Shown here: positions 16,322 to 26,361 of the stretch, one piece after another
Position numbering within the stretch: position 1 is the first letter of the stretch
Layout of the letters: each line of letters begins with the position of its first letter
Translations under genes and position numbers: made by a program
Notes under the pieces: generated by a model
Database searches by the model: none
Told to the model about the DNA's origin: nothing
Seen by the model: the letters and a program-made list of their open reading frames with translations, nothing else
DNA from: an uncultured Clostridium sp.
Lineage (GTDB): Bacteria; Bacillota; Clostridia; TANB77; CAG-508
Length of the DNA stretch: 33,519 nucleotides
Direction: 5' to 3'
Assembly: GCA_945874585.1 (NCBI GenBank)
Contig: CAMCHB010000002.1
Span: 1 to 33,519, forward strand

Positions 16322-18175
16322 ATGCAGTTAGAAACATTTTTACAACAACATCATGTATCCTTAAATGAACAACAAAAAGAAGCAGTATTGAACCAAAAGG
16401 GGAAAATACTGCTTCTTGCTGTTCCAGGAAGCGGAAAAACAACTGTTATGGTAACACGCATGGCATATTGGATAGCTCAAAAACAGATGAGACCAGAACA
16501 GATTTTAACCCTAACCTATAGTGTAGCTTCTGCTCGCGATATGAAACGCAAATATGAAAGACTATTTGGAACCAACGAAAAATTAGAGTTTCGCACCATT
16601 CATAGTTTTTGTGTGAAGGTTTTACAAGAATGGGAAAGACAAACAGGGAAAAGAGTGTTTTCCTTGATGGAACAAACAGGCCCTGTTTTAGCGAAAATTT
16701 ATGATCAATTAACCCATACTAGTCCAACCGAAATGGTAGTAAAAGAATTACAAAATAAGATTGCTTATGTAAACAATGGAATGTTGACCAAGGAAAAAAG
16801 TGAGGAACTTTTTGCAGAACACTTATGTGGGGCAAAGATTGTGCAAGCGTATCAACAATACAAAAAAAGAAATAGGGTAATGGATTTTGATGACCAATTG
16901 CTATATGCCAAAAACATTTTAGAAAAATATCCATCTATTTTGCAAAAAATGCAACAGCAATATCCCTATCTATATGTAGATGAGGCACAGGATATTTCTA
17001 AAATACAGCATGTTTTAATCCAGCAGTTGGTAAGAAACCACCTTTTTATGGTGGGAGATGAAGATCAAAGTATTTATGGATTTCGCAGTGCTGACCCAAC
17101 AACTTTATTTCACTTCCAGCAGATATATCCAGGAGCCCAGATTTTATATATGGAGAAAAACTATCGCAGCACTCCACAAATTTTGCAAGTGGCTCACCAA
17201 TTTATGCAGCAAAATAAAAATCGTCATGACAAAAAGATATACTCTACCAGGCAAACAGGTGAAAAGGTGAAAATACTTGTACTTAAAAATTATGAAACAC
17301 AATATCAATATTTGTACCAACATTTAAAACAGGAGACCAAAAGGACGGCCATTTTATACCGAAACAATGAATCAGCTATTCCACTGATTGATTTATTTTC
17401 ACAAAAAGGATTACCATTTCAAATGAAGGCTTGTGAAAGAAATTGGGGAGAACACCCTATGATCCAAACGGTTCAAAATTTTATCTGTTATGCTTGGCAG
17501 GAAAACAATCCAGCATTATTTGAAAAAATTTATCCGAAAATGGGATGTGGCATTACCAAAGAGATGGTGAAAAAAGTAGCTAGCATGAGTAATTCAGGAG
17601 AACCGATACTCGATACCATCCTGCAACAAAAAGAAATGTTGTTTTGGCAAATAAAACGAATACAGCAAATTAAGAAATGGATGAAACAGTGGAAACGACA
17701 AAAAACAGAAGTAATTTTGCAGAATATTTTGCATGAATTGATAGAGCCTCAAACAAGCCACTCCAAGAAGAAAGAGAGGCCCAAAGATCATACAAAGATC
17801 AATACTTTAAAAATACTGGCAAGACAGAATCCAAATCCACCAGATTTTTTAAAAGCACTTGCCTCCATCAAACAACAAATGAAACAGGGCGTGCAAAGCG
17901 ATTCTTCTTTATACCTTATGACCATGCATGCCAGCAAAGGATTGGAATTTGAGCAAGTGATTCTAATAGATGTGCTACCAGGTATTTTGCCGAGTATGAC
18001 AAAAGCTGAAATAAGAGGGGCAGAAGAACTATTACAGTATGAAGAAGAAGTGCGTTTGTTTTATGTGGCAATGACAAGAGCAAGGGATAAACTGATATTG
18101 TTACAGTATCAAAACCAAGAAGGAAAAGCCTTAAAACCATCTGAATTTATACAAAAAATAAGCCAGATAAATTAG
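16322..18175 (+). CDS. UvrD/PcrA-family SF1 DNA helicase (short form, ~617 aa)
   Basis: ATG 16322 follows a GAAAGGAG SD; the ORF-track start 16304 overlaps the upstream stop. Walker A AVPGSGKTTV, motif II YVDEAQD, MTMHASKGLEFEQVILI, FYVAMTRARDKL. TAG stop. Confidence 0.85.
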   Translation: MQLETFLQQHHVSLNEQQKEAVLNQKGKILLLAVPGSGKTTVMVTRMAYWIAQKQMRPEQILTLTYSVASARDMKRKYERLFGTNEKLEFRTIHSFCVKVLQEWERQTGKRVFSLMEQTGPVLAKIYDQLTHTSPTEMVVKELQNKIAYVNNGMLTKEKSEELFAEHLCGAKIVQAYQQYKKRNRVMDFDDQLLYAKNILEKYPSILQKMQQQYPYLYVDEAQDISKIQHVLIQQLVRNHLFMVGDEDQSIYGFRSADPTTLFHFQQIYPGAQILYMEKNYRSTPQILQVAHQFMQQNKNRHDKKIYSTRQTGEKVKILVLKNYETQYQYLYQHLKQETKRTAILYRNNESAIPLIDLFSQKGLPFQMKACERNWGEHPMIQTVQNFICYAWQENNPALFEKIYPKMGCGITKEMVKKVASMSNSGEPILDTILQQKEMLFWQIKRIQQIKKWMKQWKRQKTEVILQNILHELIEPQTSHSKKKERPKDHTKINTLKILARQNPNPPDFLKALASIKQQMKQGVQSDSSLYLMTMHASKGLEFEQVILIDVLPGILPSMTKAEIRGAEELLQYEEEVRLFYVAMTRARDKLILLQYQNQEGKALKPSEFIQKISQIN

Positions 18176-18186
18176 AAGCCAGAAGA

Positions 18187-18897
18187 TTATTCAAAAGGAT
18201 CTTCCACTTGTTTGGCAGAATACTTTTTGTAAATACTAAGCTGATTTTGGTTATCATAGGTCGCAAGAAAAATTTGATCCAAATGAGAATAGCCCTGTTT
18301 TTTACATTCTTTCATCAACCAATTTTCATCATGATGAATATAGGCTAAGCTATGTTTTAAAATTTTACCATCTAAAATTAAATTGATAACAATTTCTTCT
18401 GGCAAAGGACGAATACTTAAATCATTCGGTGTAGTAGGCCTTTTGGAACTCTTGGGTAAAAAACTCATTTTCCCATTGGATTCTAAGATAACGGTTTGCA
18501 AATCTGCCAAATTAAAATAGCCATTGATTCGGCATTGCATTAAAAACTCACTCACATTTAAATTCATTTTTTTGAGATTACCATAGTAAATTTTACCATT
18601 TTGATACACGATAATGGATTTGCCTTCTACCACGCGGCGAAAAGGGAGAAATTTAGCAGATAAATAAGAAATCAAAATGGAAATAGTAGCATAGATGACC
18701 ATAGCAAGTAGTGGTTCCATGAAATTATTTTCCAGGGAAGTTGCCATTTCAGCAGCAATGGATCCAATTGAAATGCCAATGGTATAATCAAACATGGTTA
18801 ATTGAGAAATCTCTTTATTTCCCATCAATTTACTTAGAATAAATAAAATAAACAAAGAAGTAATCGACAAAATAGGTATTTTTAAAAGATAATCCAT
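18187..18897 (-). CDS. DUF421 (YetF/YdfS-like) membrane protein
   Basis: N-terminal TM helices with the LTMFDYTIGISIGS motif. The C-terminal soluble part (VYQNGKIYYGNLKKMNLNVSEFLMQCR..LESNGKMSFLPK) is collinear with B. subtilis YetF. Confidence 0.8.
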   Translation of the reverse strand: MDYLLKIPILSITSLFILFILSKLMGNKEISQLTMFDYTIGISIGSIAAEMATSLENNFMEPLLAMVIYATISILISYLSAKFLPFRRVVEGKSIIVYQNGKIYYGNLKKMNLNVSEFLMQCRINGYFNLADLQTVILESNGKMSFLPKSSKRPTTPNDLSIRPLPEEIVINLILDGKILKHSLAYIHHDENWLMKECKKQGYSHLDQIFLATYDNQNQLSIYKKYSAKQVEDPFE

Positions 18898-19048
18898 AGA
18901 TTCACCTCATTCCTATCATTTCCTTTTAGTATGAGCCAAAATTCATAAAAATATAAAAGATTCATAGAAAATTAAGATTTTATTTTTCACTTTTTCATAA
19001 ATGTGTGATATAAAGAAGACAGAGTAAAAAGAAAAGAGAGGAGAAAAA

Positions 19049-19852
19049 ATGAAAAATCGATTGGATAAAGAAATGGTTAGCAGAGGATTGGTGGATTCTC
19101 GTATGAAAGCACAAGAATTGATTGCCAAAGGATATGTCCTTTGGCAAAACAAAGTCGTAAAAAAAGCAAGTCATCCAGTAGCTCCAGAAGATACCATTCA
19201 AATACAAGCAAATGATTGTTTCCGCTATGTTTCAAGAGGTGGACTAAAATTGGAAAAGGCTCTTTCAACATTTGCTATTTCATGGAAAGGTAAAACAGTG
19301 TTAGATGTGGGATCTTCCACAGGAGGATTTACCGATTGTGCCTTGCAACATGGAGCACAAAAGGTTATAGCCGTAGATGTTGGGACAGATTTAATGCATC
19401 CAAGTTTACGTGCCAATCCTCAGGTAGAATTACATGAACAAATCAATTTAAAAGAACTAGATGCTTCTTATTTTGAAAGAGCAGATTGGATGGTAGCCGA
19501 TATTTCCTTTTTGTCCATCCTAACCTTATTTGAAAAAGTACAGGCATACCAAGCAAAACTAGATACCGTTTTTTTAATCAAACCACAATTCGAGTGCGGA
19601 AAAGAAGTGGCTCATCACTACAAAGGTATTATCACCAATGCTAAAATTCATCAAGAAATCTTAAACCATGTTTTAGGTGAAATTCGAGCCATGGGGTTCG
19701 CAATAGGAGGATTAACCTATTCGCCAATCTGTGGCGGAGATGGAAACATTGAATACTTAGCATATGGTTCCAATCAAAAACAAATAGCAAAGCATATTCC
19801 GATTGCAGAAATTGTGACACAAGCCTTTCAAAATTTAAAACAGAAAAAATAA
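19049..19852 (+). CDS. tlyA: TlyA-family rRNA 2'-O-methyltransferase (S4 + FtsJ domains)
   Basis: S4 RNA-binding N-terminus (RLDKEMVSRGLVDSRMKAQELIAKGYV) and SAM motif VLDVGSSTGGFTDCALQHGAQKVIAVDVG. GAGAGGAG SD. Confidence 0.88.
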   Translation: MKNRLDKEMVSRGLVDSRMKAQELIAKGYVLWQNKVVKKASHPVAPEDTIQIQANDCFRYVSRGGLKLEKALSTFAISWKGKTVLDVGSSTGGFTDCALQHGAQKVIAVDVGTDLMHPSLRANPQVELHEQINLKELDASYFERADWMVADISFLSILTLFEKVQAYQAKLDTVFLIKPQFECGKEVAHHYKGIITNAKIHQEILNHVLGEIRAMGFAIGGLTYSPICGGDGNIEYLAYGSNQKQIAKHIPIAEIVTQAFQNLKQKK

Positions 19853-19860
19853 GAGAAAAT

Positions 19861-19900
19861 AAGATTCCCTAAGCAAACAGGGGAATCTTATTTTTGTTTT
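19861..19900 (+). terminator. Intrinsic terminator after tlyA
   Basis: AAGATTCCC-(11 nt)-GGGAATCTT followed by ATTTTTGTTTT. Confidence 0.8.
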
Positions 19901-20078
19901 ACAAAAATGTCATAGAAAAATATTTTTTTGTTAAAAAGGAGAAAAAGATTTTATTTCCGTAATAAGAGGCTTTGTTATCAGGAGTGCATAAGGCAAATGT
20001 CTTTCTTGACTTTTGGGTAGAATTTTTAAAATAAAAGTAAATAAAAAACGAAAAAAGCAGAAAAAATGGAGGCAGACC

Positions 20079-22169
20079 ATGGCTCAAACACAGACCAAAA
20101 GAAAAAATAGTAGCAATACCAATTTATCAACCATTACGAAAAATGAAAATGTGAATTTAAAAATAGAACTAAAGAACAATCAACCAATATCTGATATGTA
20201 TCAAAATCCAAAATTTGCATTGGTATTTCCAAGTGCAGTAACAGCCGTTAATGTCAAAAATGTGAATGTATTGTTTGATTCTACATTCCAGATCCAAGAA
20301 GTCAGTCAAACTACTTGGCAAGGCCATATTGTGATGCTGATAACTTTAGATGGAAGTCAAACCGACTTTTTGCCAGATCAAATGATGCAAGGAACGACTA
20401 TTTTATGCCAAACAGATATAGAGGTTGATGTAAAAACACCAATTGAATTGTATTATCAAAATGAAAATGCAAACTCTTATGAGAAAACAGGTTGGTGGCA
20501 AGGACAGAATTGGGGTTATACGACATTGGATTGTCAATTTATTGCCCCAGATGGCATGATCAGTGCTATGGAAATAACAGGATTTCAAGGACAAGACAAA
20601 GTTTCTTCTTATGCACAAGGTGAAAAGACAGGGAAATTAGAAATTTTAACCAATGAAAAAATAGCTACTATGCATTTAACGGTTTTAAATCATACCGATG
20701 ATGTAACCAAAAATATGGTAGCGGTTGGAAACATTCCTTTTGCCAACAATCAACAGGTGATAACAGGAGAAAAATTAGGAACCAATCAAACAACACAAAT
20801 GACAAGTTTGATTCAATACAAAGGAAATCCAGAAGATGTTACGATTTATTATTCAGACCAAGATCAGGTTACCTATGATTTGACAGACCAAGCAAGTGGT
20901 TGGACAACCAATCCAAGTCAAGTTCAGAAGGTAAAACAGTTTATGATAGTTGTTCAGCGAGAATTGCCAGCAACTGAAATTTTGGAATTTTCGTATACCT
21001 TTAAAATTCCAGCCATGTTAGAGCACAATTGTGATTTATATGGATCTTTTGGATGTGTTTTTGATCGCGTAACAGAGCAAGGCACAAGTCGTGATACAAG
21101 TGTAGCAGATAAAGTAGGATTGTCAACAGGAAGAGGACCACAAATGAAAATATTACAATCGGTTTCTGTCGGAGATGGAAATCCGGTTGGCGAAAATCAG
21201 AAAATTAAATACAAAATTAAAGTTGAAAATATTGGATTAGATCCAATTGAAAATATGAAAGTAACAGATCAAATCCCAAAGGGAACAAGCTATGTTCAAT
21301 ATGACACGGCTAATTGGCAAACAGCTTATGAAGTACATGAGCCAAAAGCCAATGAAATTTATTGGAAGATTGATCGTTTAGAAGTAGGCAAATCAGTCGA
21401 TTTGGAATTTGAAGTAGCAGTTCAGGATTTACCAACAGTAGAAGAGTATTATGCGGGAGATCCAGCTTTTACCGAAAAGGATGGTAAGTTTTACTATCAA
21501 GGAAAAGAAGTTACGCAAATCCCAGAAACCAGTATTCAAAATGTTGTACAAGTAGAAGCAAAGAATTTGGAAAAGACGATGCAATCTATTTCATCATCAA
21601 ACAAGGTGGTACCAGCTTCTTTACAAATTGAAGAAACAGCATCTTCATCCAAAGGATCTTTGCTAAAAGAAAATCAGAAGATGAAATATAGTATTCATAT
21701 AGAAAGTCATACAGAGGATACTTTGCAAAATGTACAAATTCAGAAAAAATTGCCGGAAGGATTAAAATATTTAGATGCATATACACTAAAATATAATGTG
21801 GATTTGGATATTTGGGAAAAGGATTTACAGGCAAGTTATGACGAAGTAACCAGAATGGTTCAATTAAACATTCCTACTTTGGCAAGTCATGATGATATTC
21901 AGTTAAAAGTGGAAACACAAACAGAGCCATTAGCAGAAGACGAAGAGCAAAAAGAGATTGAAACCGATACTACCGTACAGGCAGATGGAACAGCTATTTA
22001 TCATTCTGAGACACAAGAAAATACGATTTTAAAAAGCAAGGTAAATGTTCGTTATAACTGTGTTCATCCAAAGAAATATTTTCAATTTTTCTTATTTGTT
22101 CTGGCAAATATAAAAAGACAAAAAAATTATGTAAAATTAGGCAAATATGTATTGACAAGGATTTTTTAA
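20079..22169 (+). CDS. Large DUF11 (conserved repeat domain) protein, no signal peptide, atypical C-terminus
   Basis: ATG 20079 lies 6 nt after GGAGG; the ORF-track start 20013 is K-rich read-through of AT-rich DNA. Two DUF11/CARDB-like repeats (GENQKIKYKIKVENIGLDPIENMKVTDQIPKGTSYV; LKENQKMKYSIHIESHTEDTLQNVQIQKKLPEGLKYL). The N-terminal ~340 aa has no motif I recognise. Confidence 0.7.
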   Translation: MAQTQTKRKNSSNTNLSTITKNENVNLKIELKNNQPISDMYQNPKFALVFPSAVTAVNVKNVNVLFDSTFQIQEVSQTTWQGHIVMLITLDGSQTDFLPDQMMQGTTILCQTDIEVDVKTPIELYYQNENANSYEKTGWWQGQNWGYTTLDCQFIAPDGMISAMEITGFQGQDKVSSYAQGEKTGKLEILTNEKIATMHLTVLNHTDDVTKNMVAVGNIPFANNQQVITGEKLGTNQTTQMTSLIQYKGNPEDVTIYYSDQDQVTYDLTDQASGWTTNPSQVQKVKQFMIVVQRELPATEILEFSYTFKIPAMLEHNCDLYGSFGCVFDRVTEQGTSRDTSVADKVGLSTGRGPQMKILQSVSVGDGNPVGENQKIKYKIKVENIGLDPIENMKVTDQIPKGTSYVQYDTANWQTAYEVHEPKANEIYWKIDRLEVGKSVDLEFEVAVQDLPTVEEYYAGDPAFTEKDGKFYYQGKEVTQIPETSIQNVVQVEAKNLEKTMQSISSSNKVVPASLQIEETASSSKGSLLKENQKMKYSIHIESHTEDTLQNVQIQKKLPEGLKYLDAYTLKYNVDLDIWEKDLQASYDEVTRMVQLNIPTLASHDDIQLKVETQTEPLAEDEEQKEIETDTTVQADGTAIYHSETQENTILKSKVNVRYNCVHPKKYFQFFLFVLANIKRQKNYVKLGKYVLTRIF

Positions 22170-22181
22170 ATGTGATATAGT
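22152..22181 (+). promoter_or_regulatory. Extended -10 sigma-A promoter upstream of the rpoB leader
   Basis: TTGACA (22152-22157), 18-nt spacer, TGaTATAGT (22173-22181). The stop codon of the DUF11 ORF (22167-22169) lies inside the spacer. Confidence 0.6.
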
Positions 22182-22262
22182 ATATGGAGCTATGTTGAGA
22201 ACAAAAAGAAGTTGGTGATTTCGATCAAAAATATAGAATTTTGCGAAAGAAATTGATACATG

Positions 22263-22302
22263 AAAAAGGTAAGTTAGTAAAAAATTACTAGCATGCCTTT
22301 TT
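22263..22302 (+). terminator. Terminator-like hairpin (terminator of the DUF11 gene and/or attenuator in the rpoB leader)
   Basis: AAAAAGGTAAGTTAGTAA-aaaa-TTACTAGCATGCCTTTTT forms about 18 bp with one mismatch and two G-U pairs, followed by GTTGCTT. Confidence 0.55.
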
Positions 22303-22509
22303 GTTGCTTAAATTAGCCACTTAAAAAAATTCAAAATAGAGGAATTAAATAAAAATAATTAGCAAAAGTAACAAACGATCGGCAGTAAGTTTTAAGCTTT
22401 TGATAACATTTTTATTTAAGAGGGACTTTTTGAAACCTTTTTTAAGAAATTAAGTCTGCCAAAAGAGGATGATGTGATTTTTTACATCTGAAAAATAGGG
22501 GTGATTTTT

Positions 22510-25500
22510 TTGTTAACAGATGTTATACACGAAAAAGCAATACGTAAGACATTTGCAAGAATTGGCGATTTCATTGAAATGCCAAATCTAATTAAAGTAC
22601 AAAAGGATTCTTATGACTGGTTTTTAAAGGAAGGCTTAGGAGAAGTTCTAGAAGATATTTCTCCCATTGAAGATTATTCAGGTAATCTAGTACTTGAATT
22701 TTTTGACTATTACATGGAAGATAAAACCAAATATTCCATCGAAGAAGCAAAAGAAAGAGACACAACTTATTCATCAAGATTACATGTAAAAGTTCGTTTG
22801 ATCAACCGTGAAACAGGTGAAATCAAAGAACAAGAAATTTATTTAGGAGATTTCCCATTGATGACAGATAGTGGTACTTTTATTATCAATGGTGCTGAAA
22901 GAGTTGTTGTTAGCCAGTTGGTTCGTTCTCCAGGATGTTATTATGCTTCCGATTATGACAAAACAGGAGCAAAACTATACACAGCAACGGTTATGCCAAT
23001 TCGTGGTGCATGGCTAGAATACGAAACCGATGCAAACGATGTTTTCTATGTACGTATCGACCGTACCAGAAAATTACCTGTTACCTGTTTGTTAAGAGCT
23101 ATTGGACTAGAGACTGATGAACAAATTATGCAATTCTTCGGCGAAGACAAAAAGTTAATAGCAACTATCAATAAAGATCCAGTTAAAACAACAGACGAAG
23201 CTTTAATTGAAATTTACAAAAAATTAAGACCAGGCGAACTACCAACAGTAGATGCAGCACGTAATTTATTCAATGGTTTATTCTTTGATAATAGAAGATA
23301 TGATTTAGCAAAAGTAGGTCGTTATAAATACAACAAAAAATTGGATTTAGCAAGCAGAATAAAAGGACAAATTGCTTACGATGATATTATCAATACAGAA
23401 ACTGGTGAAGTTGTTGTAGAAAAAGATAATGTTATCTCAGAAGAAAAAGCAAGAGAAATTAAAGATTTAGGCATCAATGTAGTGGATGTAAAAGTGGATG
23501 ACAAAAAAGTAAGAGTTATTGGTAATGGAACTGTTGATATTCACAAATGGGTAGAAGAAGATCTATCTGATTTACATATCAAAGAAGATGTTAATTTCGA
23601 AATTTTGAAAAACATTTTAGCAACGACTGAACCTAGCAAATTAAAAGAAGAAATAAAATTAAGAATACACGAATTGATTCCAAAGCATGTAACAACAGAA
23701 GATATGCTAGCTTCTGTTAACTACTTATTGAATTTACAATACGATTTAGGAAAAGTAGATGACATTGATCACTTAGGAAATAGACGTATTCGTTGTGTTG
23801 GTGAATTATTACAAAATCAATTTAGAATTGGTTTAACAAGACTAGAAAGAGTTGTACGTGAGAGAATGACAATTCAAGACCTAGATGTTGTAACACCACA
23901 AACTCTAATCAATACAAAACCAATCACATCATCTATTAAAGAATTCTTTGGAAGTTCACAATTGTCTCAGTTCATGGATCAAACCAACCCATTATCTGAG
24001 CTTACCCATAAGAGAAGAATTTCTGCTTTAGGACCTGGTGGATTATCAAGAGATAGAGCCGGATTTGAAGTAAGAGATGTTCACTATACACACTATGGTA
24101 GACTATGTCCAATTGAGTCTCCAGAAGGACCTAACATTGGTTTGATTTCAGCACTTTCATCATTTGCTGTTATCAATGAATATGGATTTATCGAAACACC
24201 ATATCGAATTGTTGATAAAAAGACTGGAAAAGTTACTGACCAAGTGGTTTATCTATCTGCTGATGAAGAAGATGGAAAGATTATTGCACAAGCAACAGAA
24301 CCAGTAGACAAAGAAGGAAGATTTATCAATAAGAGAATTAAAGTACGTTATTTAGATGAAGTAACAGAAGTAGAGAAGGAAAGAGTAGACTATGTCGATA
24401 TCTCTCCAAAACAATTGGTTTCTGTTGCAGCAGCTATGATACCTTTCTTGGAGCATGATGATGCAAACCGTGCTTTGATGGGTGCTAACATGCAACGTCA
24501 GGCAGTTCCGTTGATGATTTCTGAGTCACCAATTGTAGGAACAGGTATAGAATACCGTGCAGCCAAAGATTCTGGTATTATGGTCTTAGCAAAAGAAACT
24601 GGAACCGTTGAGCGTGTAACAGGTGATGAAATTGTTATCAAAAATGTAAAAGGTAATACAGATACTTATCATTTACGTAAATTCAAGAGAACCAATGGTG
24701 GAACTTGTATCAATCAAAGACCAATTGTAAAAAAAGGTGAAAAAGTTAATAAAAACGATGTTATTGCAGATGGACCATCTACACAAAATGGTGAAATGGC
24801 ATTAGGAAAAAATGTTATTATTGCCTTTACAACATGGGAAGGTTACAACTACGAGGATGCTGTTTTGTTAAATGAAAGATTGGTGAAAGAAGATGTTTAC
24901 ACATCTATCCATATTGAAGATTATGATTGTGAATGTAGAGATACAAAATTAGGCCCAGAAGAGATTACAAGAGATATTCCAAATGTGGGCGAAGATAGCT
25001 TAAAAGATTTGGATGAAAACGGTATTGTTCGTATTGGTGCAGAGGTTCGACCAGGTGATATCTTAGTCGGCAAAGTAACACCAAAAGGTGAAACTGAATT
25101 AACAGCAGAGGAAAGATTGTTAAGAGCTATTTTTGGCGAGAAAGCTAGAGAAGTTCGTGATACCTCATTGCGTGTCCCACATGGAGAAGCTGGAACAATT
25201 GTTGATGTTAAAGTGTTTACTAGAGATAATTCAGATGAATTAGCACCAGGTGTCAACCAAGTAATTCGTGTGTATATTGCACAAAAAAGAAAGATTTCTG
25301 TTGGTGATAAAATGGCTGGACGTCATGGTAATAAGGGTGTTGTTTCTAGAATATTACCAGAAGAAGATATGCCATTTATGCCAGATGGAACTCCCGTTGA
25401 TATTGTATTGAACCCATTAGGTGTTCCTTCTCGTATGAATTTAGGACAGGTTTTGGAAGTTCACTTAGGAGCTGCTGCCAGAATGCTTGGTATCAAAGTA

Positions 25501-26226
25501 GCAACGCCAGTATTTGATGGTGCTAGTGAAGAAGATATTGAAGAATTATTGAAAAAATCAGGTTTAAGAGAAGATGGTAAAACCATTTTATACGATGGTA
25601 GAACGGGTGAGCCATTTGATAAACCAATTACAGTTGGTGTTATGTACATGTTAAAACTTCACCATTTGGTTGATGATAAAATACATGCTCGTTCAACTGG
25701 TCCATACTCACTTGTTACACAACAGCCATTGGGTGGTAAAGCTCAATTCGGTGGACAGCGTTTTGGTGAAATGGAAGTTTGGGCATTGGAAGCATATGGT
25801 GCAGCTTATACCCTACAAGAAATCTTAACCGTAAAATCAGACGATGTTGTTGGTAGAGTAAAAACATATGAAGCAATTGTAAAAGGTGAAAACATTCCTG
25901 AACCAGGTGTTCCAGAAAGTTTTAAAGTATTGATTAAGGAATTACAAAGCTTAGGACTAGATGTTCGTTTGTATTCACATGATGATAAAGAAATTGAAAT
26001 CAAAGAAAATATTGATGATGCAATTGATTTTAATTTGGATCACTTAAAAGAACCAAAAAATGATGTAGAAGAGGGTCATTTAGAGCCTGAACAAGCAGTC
26101 GAAGACGCAGAAGAAGATTATGAAGATAACGAAGAAATGGAAGATGATTTGCAAGAAGAACTAGAAGATGATGGCGATCATATTTTAAACGATGAAGACA
26201 TTTTAGATGATGAAGATAAAATGTAA
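22510..26226 (+). CDS. rpoB: DNA-directed RNA polymerase subunit beta
   Basis: Collinear with Firmicute RpoB (FARI..MPNLI..Q..SY.WFL; [23 protein letters not shown]; NMQRQAVPL; [13 protein letters not shown]). TTG 22510 lies 6 nt after a GGGGTG SD, whereas the ORF-track GTG 22501 sits inside that SD. Acidic C-terminal tail. Confidence 0.97.
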   Translation: MLTDVIHEKAIRKTFARIGDFIEMPNLIKVQKDSYDWFLKEGLGEVLEDISPIEDYSGNLVLEFFDYYMEDKTKYSIEEAKERDTTYSSRLHVKVRLINRETGEIKEQEIYLGDFPLMTDSGTFIINGAERVVVSQLVRSPGCYYASDYDKTGAKLYTATVMPIRGAWLEYETDANDVFYVRIDRTRKLPVTCLLRAIGLETDEQIMQFFGEDKKLIATINKDPVKTTDEALIEIYKKLRPGELPTVDAARNLFNGLFFDNRRYDLAKVGRYKYNKKLDLASRIKGQIAYDDIINTETGEVVVEKDNVISEEKAREIKDLGINVVDVKVDDKKVRVIGNGTVDIHKWVEEDLSDLHIKEDVNFEILKNILATTEPSKLKEEIKLRIHELIPKHVTTEDMLASVNYLLNLQYDLGKVDDIDHLGNRRIRCVGELLQNQFRIGLTRLERVVRERMTIQDLDVVTPQTLINTKPITSSIKEFFGSSQLSQFMDQTNPLSELTHKRRISALGPGGLSRDRAGFEVRDVHYTHYGRLCPIESPEGPNIGLISALSSFAVINEYGFIETPYRIVDKKTGKVTDQVVYLSADEEDGKIIAQATEPVDKEGRFINKRIKVRYLDEVTEVEKERVDYVDISPKQLVSVAAAMIPFLEHDDANRALMGANMQRQAVPLMISESPIVGTGIEYRAAKDSGIMVLAKETGTVERVTGDEIVIKNVKGNTDTYHLRKFKRTNGGTCINQRPIVKKGEKVNKNDVIADGPSTQNGEMALGKNVIIAFTTWEGYNYEDAVLLNERLVKEDVYTSIHIEDYDCECRDTKLGPEEITRDIPNVGEDSLKDLDENGIVRIGAEVRPGDILVGKVTPKGETELTAEERLLRAIFGEKAREVRDTSLRVPHGEAGTIVDVKVFTRDNSDELAPGVNQVIRVYIAQKRKISVGDKMAGRHGNKGVVSRILPEEDMPFMPDGTPVDIVLNPLGVPSRMNLGQVLEVHLGAAARMLGIKVATPVFDGASEEDIEELLKKSGLREDGKTILYDGRTGEPFDKPITVGVMYMLKLHHLVDDKIHARSTGPYSLVTQQPLGGKAQFGGQRFGEMEVWALEAYGAAYTLQEILTVKSDDVVGRVKTYEAIVKGENIPEPGVPESFKVLIKELQSLGLDVRLYSHDDKEIEIKENIDDAIDFNLDHLKEPKNDVEEGHLEPEQAVEDAEEDYEDNEEMEDDLQEELEDDGDHILNDEDILDDEDKM

Positions 26227-26361
26227 CAGATGAAATCTGAATTGAATAGAATATAAGTTTTGTTGTGAATGACAGCTAAGTCTGATCGAGCAGTGTATAT
26301 TCACAGCAAAGCGATGATTCAAGAACTTTAATGTGAATGATAAGAGGGGGCAAAAATTTTA

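Noticed and set aside
20006-20032. TTGACT ... TAAAAT as promoter of the DUF11 gene
   Set aside because: I count only a 15-nt spacer. It is possible but too weak to list as a feature.
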